This document shows positions 34,266 through 43,689 of a DNA stretch of 64,000 nt, in pieces. This stretch comes from Nannocystis bainbridge. Its GTDB lineage: Bacteria; Myxococcota_A; Polyangia; Nannocystales; Nannocystaceae. Within the stretch, counting starts at the first letter, position 1. Each line of letters begins with the position of its first letter. The notes beneath the pieces were generated by a model, which saw nothing but the letters and a program-made list of their open reading frames with translations, did no database searches and was not told the origin of the DNA. The DNA lies in contig NZ_JAQNDL010000003.1 in NCBI RefSeq assembly GCF_028368995.1, forward strand, positions 2,112,001 through 2,176,000, written 5' to 3'. A program made the translations under genes and the position numbers.

Positions 34266-35597
34266 TCAGTCGAACTGCAGCAGCTTGATCTTGAGGTAGC
34301 GGCCCTCGACGAAGGCCGGGAGGACCGGGAAGTCGGGCGGGAGGCCGCACTCGCTGACCAGGCGGGCGGTGCGGCCAGCCGCGTGGACGCCCTCGCCGAC
34401 GGCCAGCAGGAACTCCTCCTCGGCGAGGCGCACCGCGTTGCTGATCGCCAGCACGTGGCCGCCGGGGCCGACGACGCCGCTGACGGCCTGCATCAGCTCG
34501 CCGTAGTCCTTGAGCGCGCTGAAGGTGCTGCCCTTGACGTTGCTGAACGGCGGCGGGTCGACGATCACCAGGTCCCACACGCGGCCGCGCTGGCGGAACT
34601 TCTCGAGCAGCGCGAACGCGTCGCCGGTGATCGTCTCGATCGCCTCGGGGTCCATCTTCGAGGCGCTGAGGTTCTGCCGGCAGCGCGCGTGGCTGCGGGC
34701 CGCGGCGTCGACGTGGGTGACCGAGCGCGCGCCGCCGCGGAGGGCCCGCAGGCCGAACGCGCCGGTGAAGCTGAACAGGTTGCACACGCTGCGATCGCGC
34801 GACCACGCCTCGAACAGGCGCCGGCCCTCGCGGAGGTCGAGGAACAGGCCGGGCGAGACCGGGGCCGTGACGTCGACCATGAACTTGAGGCCGTCCTCGT
34901 CGACCTCGAGGTCGGGCGGCGCGGCCTTGCCGGCCAGGTGGAACGCGGGCGGCCGGCGGTCGTCGGGGGTGACGCCGCGGATCCGGTCCTGCAGGTAGAT
35001 GCCCGCGGGCTTGAGCTCTTGCTCGAGCATCGGCACCAGCGCGTCGAGGTAGCTCTCGGCGATCTTGGCGTACTTGTAGACGAGCAGGTGCGAGCCGAGG
35101 CGGTCGACGGCGAGGCCGGGGAAGCCGTCGGCCTCGCTGTGGATCACGCGGCAGGCCTCGGCCGGGACGCCGACGCTGCGCCGACGCACGGCCGCCCGCA
35201 CGCGCGCCAGCATCTCGGCCTCGTTCCACTCGAAGTCGGGCTTGAGGCTCAACATCCGAATGGCGATCGCGCCCTCGGGCTCGTGGAGGCCGTGACCGAT
35301 CAGGTAGCCGTCGAGGTCCATGACCGGGATGACGGCGCCCTCGGGCAGCGCGAGCGGCCGCAGCACGGCGTTGCGGAACACCCACGGGTGACCGGCGCGC
35401 AGCAGGCGGGCGACCTCGTGCGGCACCTTGACGTGCGGGCCGCGGACCGAAGGTCGCGGGTGGCCGCCCTGCACGCGCCGGCGAGGCGCCTCGGCACCGC
35501 CGCCGCCGCCGCCGCCGCCGCTGCGACGCTGGGGCCGCGAGGTCTCGGCAGGACGAGTGGCGGGACGAGTGCGCGTCGGTCGGCCGTCGGTGGGCAT
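34266..35597 (-). CDS. RlmI/RlmK-like SAM-dependent methyltransferase with PUA domain
   Basis: GHPWVF, SEADGFPGLAVD, GLFLDLRE, NLFSFTGAF, DPPPF motifs; start uncertain. Confidence 0.85.
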   Translation of the reverse strand: MPTDGRPTRTRPATRPAETSRPQRRSGGGGGGGGAEAPRRRVQGGHPRPSVRGPHVKVPHEVARLLRAGHPWVFRNAVLRPLALPEGAVIPVMDLDGYLIGHGLHEPEGAIAIRMLSLKPDFEWNEAEMLARVRAAVRRRSVGVPAEACRVIHSEADGFPGLAVDRLGSHLLVYKYAKIAESYLDALVPMLEQELKPAGIYLQDRIRGVTPDDRRPPAFHLAGKAAPPDLEVDEDGLKFMVDVTAPVSPGLFLDLREGRRLFEAWSRDRSVCNLFSFTGAFGLRALRGGARSVTHVDAAARSHARCRQNLSASKMDPEAIETITGDAFALLEKFRQRGRVWDLVIVDPPPFSNVKGSTFSALKDYGELMQAVSGVVGPGGHVLAISNAVRLAEEEFLLAVGEGVHAAGRTARLVSECGLPPDFPVLPAFVEGRYLKIKLLQFD

Positions 35598-35823
35598 GGC
35601 GGCCGCGGAGAATAGGCGATAGCGCCGCGACGTGGCGAAAAAATCAGGTCCCCGGGCCATGGAGCCGGCCGCGCCGCGCGGGCGGACAGCGGTCCGTTGC
35701 CCCGCCTCCGTGGCGCAAAGGACAGGCGCGACGGGCCGCGAAAGTTTCCTCGCTTGGCGGGCCGGGCGGCGGGCTGTAGGCTTTTCTGCCCTGGCCGCGC
35801 CCGCCGGCGTCGGCCGAGCCCGC

Positions 35824-37512
35824 ATGGCAGACCGACTCGGCGAACTGCTGGTCCATCGTGACCTTATCTCGCTGCCGCAGCTCCAGCGGGCGCAGTCGGA
35901 GCAGCGCGCGTTCGGCAAGCGGCTGACGACCATCCTGCTGCGGCTCGGCTTCATCAGCGAGCGCCAGCTGGCCGGCTTCCTCACCGAGCACTTCAAGGTC
36001 CCCTACTTCGATTTCGCCACCCACGAGATCGATCCGGCGGTCATCCGCACCGTCGACAAGTCGATCGCCGTCCGCCACCTCGCGGTGCCGGTCCAGCGCG
36101 CCGGGTCCAAGCTCATCGTCGCGATGGCCGACCCCAACAACATGCTGGCGATCGACGACCTCAAGTTCCACACCAGCCTCCACATCGACGCGGTGGTCAG
36201 CCTCGAGCCGGCGATCGAGGCGGCGATCGCCCGCTACTACGACAAGGTCGACCTGGCGGCCCCGTACGGCGAGGTCCTCGGCGGGCTCGGGCTCGAGCCG
36301 GCCGTCAGCCTGCCGGAGCGCGAGCGGCCGCCGCCGCAACTGTCGGAGCCGGAGCAGACGATGGCCGGCCGGCTGTGCGAGGCGATCCTGCGCAACGCGC
36401 TGGCCAAGGGCGCGTCGGACATCCACATCGAGCCGTACGAGAAGGGCATGCGGGTCCGCTACCGCATCGACGGCGCGCTCTACCACGAGATGGACCCGCC
36501 GCTCGGCTACGGGGCGTCGCTGATCGGCAAGTTCAAGCAGCAGGCCGGGCTCGACGTCGGCGATCGCCGCCTGCCGCTCGAGGGCCGCCTGCGCTTCAAG
36601 GCCGGCAAGGAGCGCGAGGTCGCGTTCCACGTGGTGACGCTGCCGACAGTCTTCGGCGAGGCGCTGCGCCTGCGCCTGCTCGACCGCGCGGCGCTGCCTT
36701 CCGACCTGGCGCGGCTCGGCGTCGACGGCGAACCACTGCGCCAGGTCCGGGCCGCCCTCCACCGCGCCCACGGCCTCGTGCTGGTCGCCGGCCTCGCGGG
36801 CGCGGGCCGCTCGACCACGCTGTGCACCGCGCTCGGCGAGCTCACCGCCGACAGCGTGCGGATCGCCACCGTCGAAGATCCGGTCGAGTACCACCTGCAA
36901 GGCGTGTCGCAGGTGCAGGTCCACCCCGAGCTCGGCCCCGCGGCGGCCGTGCGCGCGGTGCTGCGGCAAGATCCGGACATCGTCATGGTCGGCGAGCTGC
37001 GCGACTTCGAGACCGCCGAGCTGTGCGCCCGCGCGGCCGCCGGCGGTCGCCGCGTGCTCGCGGCCCTGCCCGCGCCCGACGCCGCGGCGGCGCTGATCCA
37101 CCTCGTCTACCTCGGGGTCGAACCGCACGTGCTCGCGGCCGCGGCGTCGCTGGTGATCGCCCAGCGCCTGGTGCGACGGCTGTGCCCCGAGTGCGCCGAG
37201 CCCGATCCGAGCTGCAGCGTGCAGCGGCTGGTCGACGCCGGGGTCCCGCCAGCGCTCGCGCGCGACGGCTCGCCCCGGCGCGCGCGCGGCTGCAAGGCCT
37301 GTCACGGCGGCTTCCGCGGGCGCACGGCGATCTTCGAGGTCATGCCGATCGGCGAGGCGCTGCGCGAGCGGATCCTGGCCGGCGCCGGGGTGGCCGAGCT
37401 GCGCGCCGAGGCGGTGCGGCTCGGCATGCGACCGCTGCGGCTGGCCGGGCTCTCGCGCGTGGTCGACGGCACGACCTCGCTCGACGAGATCCTGCGCGCG
37501 ACCACGGACTGA
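35824..37512 (+). CDS. PilB/GspE-family protein with MshEN domain and degenerate ATPase motifs
   Basis: RLGELL MshEN motif, ASDIHIEP, RYRIDG, TVEDPVEY, LRQDPDIVMVGELRD; Walker A reads GLAGAGRST. Confidence 0.85.
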   Translation: MADRLGELLVHRDLISLPQLQRAQSEQRAFGKRLTTILLRLGFISERQLAGFLTEHFKVPYFDFATHEIDPAVIRTVDKSIAVRHLAVPVQRAGSKLIVAMADPNNMLAIDDLKFHTSLHIDAVVSLEPAIEAAIARYYDKVDLAAPYGEVLGGLGLEPAVSLPERERPPPQLSEPEQTMAGRLCEAILRNALAKGASDIHIEPYEKGMRVRYRIDGALYHEMDPPLGYGASLIGKFKQQAGLDVGDRRLPLEGRLRFKAGKEREVAFHVVTLPTVFGEALRLRLLDRAALPSDLARLGVDGEPLRQVRAALHRAHGLVLVAGLAGAGRSTTLCTALGELTADSVRIATVEDPVEYHLQGVSQVQVHPELGPAAAVRAVLRQDPDIVMVGELRDFETAELCARAAAGGRRVLAALPAPDAAAALIHLVYLGVEPHVLAAAASLVIAQRLVRRLCPECAEPDPSCSVQRLVDAGVPPALARDGSPRRARGCKACHGGFRGRTAIFEVMPIGEALRERILAGAGVAELRAEAVRLGMRPLRLAGLSRVVDGTTSLDEILRATTD

Positions 37513-37516
37513 CCGT

Positions 37517-38674
37517 ATGCCGCTGTTCGTGTGGGAGGCTCGCACCAGCGCCGGGGAGATCCGCGGCGGCGAGCTGGCGGGGCTCGACGAGGCGCAGGTG
37601 ATCGAGGCGCTGCGCCGCCGCGGCCTGCGAGTCACCCGCGTCGACCGCAGCAGCCGGCGCGCCGCGCATCGCCTGACCGAGGCCGCGGCGCCAGAGCTGC
37701 TGCCGGCGCTGCGGCAACTCCTGACCTTGAGGACAGCCGGAGTCGGGGCCGCGCAGGCGCTCGAGCTCGGGGCCCGCAGCAGCCGCGGGGCGGTGGCGCG
37801 GGCGCTGCACGCGGCCCAGCTGGCGGTCGAGTCGGGCGCGGGCGTCGGCGAGGCGCTCGCCCAGCACCCGACGGCCCTCGGGGCGCTGGCGGCCCGGGCC
37901 CTCGGCGAGGCCGAAGCGCGCGGGCTGTTCGAGGTCACGCTGGCGGCGCTGATCGAGCTGCTGGCGACCGCCGAGGCGGGGCGGTCGGCCGTGCGCGCGG
38001 CGATCGTGCGCGCGGGCGCGGCGGCGCTGGTGCTGCTCGGCGGCACCGCGGCGCTGACGACTGTGCTCGTGCCGGCGGCCGGCGGCCTCTATCGCCGCCT
38101 CGAGCTGGCGCCGACCGGCGCGGCGGCCGACGTGCTGGCGATCGCGCCATGGCTGTCTCTCGGGACAGGTTTACTCGCCGCCGCGCTCGCGGGGGCGGCC
38201 GCGCTGCTGGCGATCTTCCCGCCGTTGCGAGCGGGCGCGTTCGGGCTGGCCGCCGGCCTGGCCGAGACGCTGCGGCGCCTGGCGCTGGCCCGGTTCGCCC
38301 GCGCGCTGGCGCTGCTGGCGGTCGCCGAGGCGCCGCGGCAGCTCGCGCTCGAGCTGGCGGGCTGGGAGGCCGGCGACCGCGAGCTGGCCGAGGTCGCCCA
38401 GCGGGCCCGGCTCGCGGTGGCCCAGGGCGGCGAGCTCGGACCGGCGCTGGCCGAGGCCGGGCTGCCGGCCGGGTTCGCCCGCGCGGTCGAGGCCGCCGAC
38501 CGCGGCGGCGACCTGGCCGCGACGCTGCGCCGCCTGGCCGAGCTCGAAGAGGCCGCGGCGCTCGACTGGCTGGCCCGCAGGACAGGGCGGATCGCCCAGG
38601 TGTGCTACGCGCTGTCGGCGACCCTGGCGGTGACCGCCGCGCTGGCCCTGGCCGCCCCGCTTCTGCGAACGTGA
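37517..38674 (+). CDS. PilC/GspF-family inner-membrane platform protein (highly diverged)
   Basis: MPLFVWEARTSAGEIRGG N-terminus, two GspF-like halves, TM segments; 4 bp after PilB-like gene. Confidence 0.7.
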   Translation: MPLFVWEARTSAGEIRGGELAGLDEAQVIEALRRRGLRVTRVDRSSRRAAHRLTEAAAPELLPALRQLLTLRTAGVGAAQALELGARSSRGAVARALHAAQLAVESGAGVGEALAQHPTALGALAARALGEAEARGLFEVTLAALIELLATAEAGRSAVRAAIVRAGAAALVLLGGTAALTTVLVPAAGGLYRRLELAPTGAAADVLAIAPWLSLGTGLLAAALAGAAALLAIFPPLRAGAFGLAAGLAETLRRLALARFARALALLAVAEAPRQLALELAGWEAGDRELAEVAQRARLAVAQGGELGPALAEAGLPAGFARAVEAADRGGDLAATLRRLAELEEAAALDWLARRTGRIAQVCYALSATLAVTAALALAAPLLRT

Positions 38675-38693
38675 GGCCGGCGCGAACGTGACA

Positions 38694-38777
38694 TGCATCG
38701 AGGGACATGCCCTCACAGACATGTCCCTCGCGCCAGGCCCTCTCGGACATGCCCTCTCGGACATGTCCCTTCGCTCA
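38694..38777. repeat. Tiled array of six degenerate 14-bp TGTCC-N4-GGACA units
   Basis: Exact 14-bp register from TGCATCGAGGGACA to TGTCCCTTCGCTCA, filling a convergent intergenic gap. Confidence 0.85.
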
Positions 38778-40544
38778 GAACGTGATGACCGGGCCGATGT
38801 TGAGGTCGATGAGGAGGCTGGTGGTCCGCGGGAACCACACGCCGACCTGAGCCTCGCCGAACAGGCCGAAGTGCTTGGCGGCCTGCCAGTGGAAGCCGAA
38901 CACGCCGCCGATCATGCCGCCGCCGATCCGGACGGTGTCGATGCGCTGGGACTTGTCGGCGTTGGCGGTCACCGCCGCCGCGCCCTGGATCGCGTTGGTG
39001 CTCTCCGTCCCGCTCGGGTCGCCGCAGTCGTACTTGTACGGCCACACCGCGGTGCACTGACCGCCGCCCTCGAACGCGGCCTCCTTGTCGTCGGGCACCG
39101 AGTTGCCGTTGCGGTCGTTGGCGAAGCCCATCGGCACGCGCAGGCGGGTGAAGCCGCCGCCGAGGAAGCCGCCGGCGAACAGGCGGAACTTCTTCTCGTC
39201 CGAGCCGAAGAAGTACTTGATCTTGAGGCCGCCCGCGATCGTCACGCCCGGCTTGCTGCGGATGCCCTCCGGGTTGGGGTTCGTGACGTCGTTCATGTAC
39301 GAGTCCGGCAGCGACGCCTTGGGGTCGTCGCGGTAGACCTTCGAGCCCGTGACCGCCTGGATGCGGAGGAAGCCCGAGAGCACCAGCTTCTTGCCGATCC
39401 GCCCGCCGATCTCGGGGGCGACGTGGAACGGCGCCGAGGCCATGCCGGTGCTGACCTTGTGGTGGGCCGCGCACTCGCCCGCGTTGTAGGCCATCGCCAG
39501 CTGGTCGACCGAGTACGGCGTGCCGTAGGCCATCACCGTCGGGCCCATCTGCGTCTGGTACTGGACCGGGTCGCCGGGCAGGTCGCCGGTGCCGCTGCTC
39601 CACCGCGCCAGCGCGCAGGCGAACTCCTTGAGGCCGTAGTTGAAGTTGCCGGCCGGGGTGTACTGGCTGTACGTCTGGTCGGCGACCCCGCGGGCCACGC
39701 CGATGCCGGTGCCGAGACCGAGGTTGATGAAGATCTTCGGCAGCGAGTGCTTCGGCGGCGGCGGCTTCTCCGGCTCCTTCTCCTTCGGCGTCTCCTTGAC
39801 GCACTTCACGTCGGCGACGAGCGGGTTGTCCTGCGCGCCCTTGTTGCCGAGCGCCTTGTTGGCGCCGTCGTAGACGTAGACGAAGTACTCGACCGGCTTG
39901 TCGCCGTGCTCCGAGGCCAGCACCTGGGCGGTGGCGATGTTGCCGAAGGCGTCCATCGTCACCGACTTGAAGTCGCCCGAGTCGCCGACGTTGCGCCAGT
40001 AGAGCCCGACCTGGCCGCCGTCGGGGATGCCGGATGTGGCGACCTCGAAGTTCAGGTCCTGGCCGCAGCCGTCGGTCGACGGCGCGGTGTGGCGGACCGA
40101 CTCGCTCGGCGCCGACACGCCCGAGTCCTTGCGCGCCTTGTCGAGCAGCTTCTGCAGGTCGGGCGAGCGCAGCTCGGTCGGCAGCGTCACGTGGTAGTCG
40201 GCCTTGACCGCGCCGACGAACGCCGCCGTGGTGTCGTTCTTGTTGCCCGAGTTCGAGAAGATGATGACCGCCCGCAGCATCCGCAGCGGCGCGGTCGTCG
40301 GGTCCTCGGCGGCGCTGCCCGTGAGCGCCTGGTCGAGGCCCGCCAGCGCCTGGTCGAGCTCGAGGTTGTTGTACTGCCCGAGCGCCTTGTTATAGGCGGC
40401 CTTGAGGTCGTCGCGGCCGTCGGCGAGGGCTGTCCCCGAGGACAGGAGCACGGCCAGCGACAGCGCGGCGGTCAGCAAGCGCGAAGGGGAAAGCCAGCTC
40501 AGGTCCAGGGGCCGACGGGGACGGACGAGGGTCTGCGTTCGCAC
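38775..40544 (-). CDS. Exported protein: helical N-domain, beta-sandwich, Pro/Lys linker, probable outer-membrane beta-barrel
   Basis: Signal peptide ending ALA; amphipathic beta-strands; C-terminal Phe (NIGPVITF). Confidence 0.7.
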   Translation of the reverse strand: MRTQTLVRPRRPLDLSWLSPSRLLTAALSLAVLLSSGTALADGRDDLKAAYNKALGQYNNLELDQALAGLDQALTGSAAEDPTTAPLRMLRAVIIFSNSGNKNDTTAAFVGAVKADYHVTLPTELRSPDLQKLLDKARKDSGVSAPSESVRHTAPSTDGCGQDLNFEVATSGIPDGGQVGLYWRNVGDSGDFKSVTMDAFGNIATAQVLASEHGDKPVEYFVYVYDGANKALGNKGAQDNPLVADVKCVKETPKEKEPEKPPPPKHSLPKIFINLGLGTGIGVARGVADQTYSQYTPAGNFNYGLKEFACALARWSSGTGDLPGDPVQYQTQMGPTVMAYGTPYSVDQLAMAYNAGECAAHHKVSTGMASAPFHVAPEIGGRIGKKLVLSGFLRIQAVTGSKVYRDDPKASLPDSYMNDVTNPNPEGIRSKPGVTIAGGLKIKYFFGSDEKKFRLFAGGFLGGGFTRLRVPMGFANDRNGNSVPDDKEAAFEGGGQCTAVWPYKYDCGDPSGTESTNAIQGAAAVTANADKSQRIDTVRIGGGMIGGVFGFHWQAAKHFGLFGEAQVGVWFPRTTSLLIDLNIGPVITF

Positions 40545-40623
40545 AGGATCTCGGGCTCCTTCTAGCCGAACGCCGGCTCAGCGCCGGCGTTGGGTGTCCA
40601 GGGGGTTCGGCGCGCGGCGCCGA

Positions 40624-41883
40624 TCACTGGATGGTCTTCTTGCAGTCCTTGAGGTTGAATTCCACGCGGCGGTTGTTCGCGCGGCCATCGTTGGTCTTGT
40701 TGCTGTCGATCGGCTTCTCCTCGCCCCAACCGATCGGCTCGAGGCGGCCGGTGTCGATGCCCGCCTTGACCAGGTAGTCGCGCACGCTGTTGACGCGCTT
40801 CTGCGACAGGGTCTTGTTGTACTTGTCGGAGCCCTTGCTGTCCGTGTGGCCCTCGATGAAGATCTTGATGTCCGGGGCCGCGTTGAGCGTGTCCTTGACC
40901 TCGTCGAGCACCTTGAAGCTCTTCGGGTCGATGTCCCACTTGTTGAACTTGAAGTAGATCTTGTCGGACAGCTTGATCTGGCAGTTGTCGATCTTCAGGA
41001 CATCCGGGCAACCATCCTCGTCCTCGACGCCGTCGTAGTCCTCGGGGAGGTTGCGGCAGTCGACCTCGACGCCGTTCTCGGTCTTCTTGTCCTTGTTGAT
41101 CCACTGGTACGTCCCGTCGGGGTTGCGCACCAGCTCGGCCGCGTCGAGGACCTTGTCCTTGTCGTTGTCGACGTCGGGGCAGCCATCCTCGTCCTCGAAC
41201 CCGTCGAAGTCCTCGGGGTCGTTCGGGCACTTGTCGTTGACGTCGAGGATCGTGTCGCGGTCGTTGTCCGGATCGGGGCAGCCGTCCTCGTCCTCGAACC
41301 CGTCGACGTCCTCCGGCTCGTTGCGGCAGTCGATCGTGCGACCGCTCTCCGTCTTCTTGTCGTTGGTCGACCAGGTGTAGCTCTTGCGCGCCTCGTCCTT
41401 CGTCAGCTTGTCGGCGTCGAGGACCCCGTCCTTGTCGTTGTCCTTGTCGGGGCAGCCGTCGTCGTCCTCGAAGCTGTCGAAGTCCTCCGGATCGTCGGGG
41501 CACTTGTCGGCGATGTCGTCGTAGCCGTCCCAGTCGCGGTCGTTGGCGCCGACCGGCGGCCGGCTGACCACGTTCGGGTCCTTGCAGCGGACCGGGTCGG
41601 TCTTCTTGCGCGCGAGCTGGGTGTAGAGATCGGCCTTCTCGGCGTGATCCTTGCCGCGGTAGTACTCGCCCATCGTCAGCGCGTCGCGCGAGAAGCGGAT
41701 GTTCGCCTCGGCGATCGCCGTCTCCTTGGGCGCGCAGCCGATCGACTTCGAGCCGTCGGCGATCGCTCCTTGCAGCACCGTGTCGGTGCCCTGGACCTTG
41801 CCGAGCAGGCGCTCGCCGAGACACCCGAGCCCGACGAAGGAGCTCGCCATCGTGGCGACCACACAAACAGTAAGGCGGTTCAC
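40624..41883 (-). CDS. OmpA-family lipoprotein with thrombospondin type-3 Ca-binding repeats
   Basis: Lipobox GLGC; DKCPDDPEDFDSFEDDDGCPD repeats; IEGHTDSKG...NRRVEF OmpA-C domain; GTG start overlapping upstream stop. Confidence 0.9.
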   Translation of the reverse strand: MNRLTVCVVATMASSFVGLGCLGERLLGKVQGTDTVLQGAIADGSKSIGCAPKETAIAEANIRFSRDALTMGEYYRGKDHAEKADLYTQLARKKTDPVRCKDPNVVSRPPVGANDRDWDGYDDIADKCPDDPEDFDSFEDDDGCPDKDNDKDGVLDADKLTKDEARKSYTWSTNDKKTESGRTIDCRNEPEDVDGFEDEDGCPDPDNDRDTILDVNDKCPNDPEDFDGFEDEDGCPDVDNDKDKVLDAAELVRNPDGTYQWINKDKKTENGVEVDCRNLPEDYDGVEDEDGCPDVLKIDNCQIKLSDKIYFKFNKWDIDPKSFKVLDEVKDTLNAAPDIKIFIEGHTDSKGSDKYNKTLSQKRVNSVRDYLVKAGIDTGRLEPIGWGEEKPIDSNKTNDGRANNRRVEFNLKDCKKTIQ

Positions 41884-42353
41884 TTGCCACCTCCGACCGA
41901 CACGCCGGCCTTGACCTCGCCCTTGGCACCGCCCGCTCCGGTGGAGCCGGTCGCCTTGGCGTCGCCGCTCGCCTTGCCGTCGGCAGGCGTCGTCGCGGCC
42001 GGAATCTCGTCGGGGGTCGCGACGCCCTCGGCGCGCTGGTCCATCTGCCCCTTGCGCCGCATCTCGGCCTTCTTCTTCGCCTCTTCGGCGAGCTGCTTGG
42101 CCCGCTCGCCGTAGTCGAACGAGCGCTCGTATTCGCTGTAGCCCATCAAGATCTTCGACTGCTCCAGGTAGGTCACCGAGCCCCAGTACTCGTAGGGGGC
42201 GTTCTCCTCGGCGCCGGCCGCCTCGGCGTCCGCCACCGCCCGGGTCGACTCCTTGGCCACCTTCTTGAGGTACCCAAAGGGTCCACAGCCCGCAGTACAC
42301 GCGGCCGCGACGACGATGGGGATCAGCTTGACGAATCGCGTTGTTCGCAGCAC
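41880..42353 (-). CDS. Small lipoprotein, DUF4398-like
   Basis: Lipobox TAGC; AEAAGAEENAPYEY helix; GTG start after GGGAG. Confidence 0.7.
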   Translation of the reverse strand: MLRTTRFVKLIPIVVAAACTAGCGPFGYLKKVAKESTRAVADAEAAGAEENAPYEYWGSVTYLEQSKILMGYSEYERSFDYGERAKQLAEEAKKKAEMRRKGQMDQRAEGVATPDEIPAATTPADGKASGDAKATGSTGAGGAKGEVKAGVSVGGGK

Positions 42354-42692
42354 CAGAAGGCTCCCTGGTTCGAGATCGTGGCAGGCGTCGTTGAAGGGGG
42401 TCGTAAGGGTCCGGCCCCAGGCCCGCGATGGGGCCGTCATGGAGCCGGGGTCTGCCCGAGCGGGCGCGACGACTGCCGAAATCGCCGCGACGATACCAGG
42501 GGCCGGCGCAAAGGGTCAACAAGCCGACCTCCGCGGTCACGACCCCGACAGAGCCGGCGTGAACGCCACTTCTGGCGCCTCCGGCCGTAGCGGCCGCGAC
42601 CGCGGAGTCCCAGCAAGCCGTGGGGAAAAGCCCTCCTGCCCCAACCGGTCACTCCTGGTTCTCCTGGTCGCTGGCGGGTACGCTGCACGCCG

Positions 42693-43607
42693 ATGTCGTC
42701 TCGCCGCGCAAGGCCGCCGTCCGCGCGCCTGGCCGTCTGCCTCGCCGGGATCGCGCTCGCAACGGGCCTCGCCTGCACCCGCGTCAGCGACACGCCGCGG
42801 TTCGAGCCGATCTCCGAGCGCCTCGAGATCCTCGAGACGATCCCCGGCCCGATGGCGGACGACGTACCTCCCGGGGCCCAGATCGACTTCTGCTTCTCCG
42901 GCACCCTCGACCCGCGGGCCCTCGACGACCTCGACGCCTCCCTGCGCTCCGGCCTCGTCACCTTCGACACCCAGCTCGACCTGCAGTTGTTCGCCTGGCG
43001 CCCGCCGGGCGAGAGCAGCGGCACCGCCGACGCCCCGTGGTGCCCCGGCAGCGTGGTGTCCCTGCGCGCCAAGGAGCCGCTGGTCCCGGGGGTCCTCCAC
43101 CGCGTCCGCCTCGCCCCCTCGGCGGTCGGCTGGGCCGGCGAGCAGCTCGACGTCACCACCCCCGGCTGGGTCGCCGACGACGGCGGCCCGCTGTTCATCC
43201 TGCAGTTCTACGTCCGCGAGCCCGAAGACGACGGCAAGACCGACCCGCCGGAGCCGGCGCCGACGCTGACCCAGCTGTTCGCCCCAGGCCAGGTGTTCGC
43301 CGCCAACAACCCCGCCTGCAGCTGCCACCGCGACCCGGACGCGCTGGCCTACGAGCGCCTCGACCTGTCGTCGCCGCAAGCCGCGTTCGCCGGGCTGGTC
43401 CTGCCGACCCGCCGCCAGTCGACCGGCTTCCCGATGGTCGTGCCCCGCCGCCCGTCGGAGAGCTTCCTCGTCCAGGTGCTCCTGCGCGACGACGACGGCC
43501 AGGCCCTGCACGGCGTGCGCGGCGACCCGATGCCCCCCGACGCGCCCCTGCCCTATCAGGAGATGCTGGCGATCGTGCGCTGGATCGAGGGCGGCGCGCT
43601 GCCCTGA
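42693..43607 (+). CDS. Lipoprotein with Ig-like domain and C-terminal cytochrome-c-like domain
   Basis: Lipobox GLAC; CSCH motif, VVPRRPSESFL, distal MPP, IVRWIEGGA. Confidence 0.7.
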   Translation: MSSRRARPPSARLAVCLAGIALATGLACTRVSDTPRFEPISERLEILETIPGPMADDVPPGAQIDFCFSGTLDPRALDDLDASLRSGLVTFDTQLDLQLFAWRPPGESSGTADAPWCPGSVVSLRAKEPLVPGVLHRVRLAPSAVGWAGEQLDVTTPGWVADDGGPLFILQFYVREPEDDGKTDPPEPAPTLTQLFAPGQVFAANNPACSCHRDPDALAYERLDLSSPQAAFAGLVLPTRRQSTGFPMVVPRRPSESFLVQVLLRDDDGQALHGVRGDPMPPDAPLPYQEMLAIVRWIEGGALP

Positions 43608-43689
43608 GCCGACCGGGCCGGAGGTCGAGCGCCGATCTCCGCGGCTCGAGCTCCGGCCATCCCCGCGGGGCCGACAGCCCGGCCCGCGC

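Noticed and set aside
35497-35520. (CCG)8 tract encoding poly-Gly in the methyltransferase N-terminus as a phase-variation switch
   Set aside because: Triplet unit cannot shift the frame, and it lies in a disordered extension.
38694-38777. Array junctions read RRRCATGYYY, the eukaryotic p53 half-site
   Set aside because: A by-product of tiling. Isolated copies show the unit is TGTCC-N4-GGACA, and no p53-family protein is expected in a bacterium.
40624-41883. OmpA-TSP3 protein as TraB of kin recognition
   Set aside because: It lacks the N-terminal beta-barrel, and there is no adjacent PA14/Cys-rich TraA-like gene.
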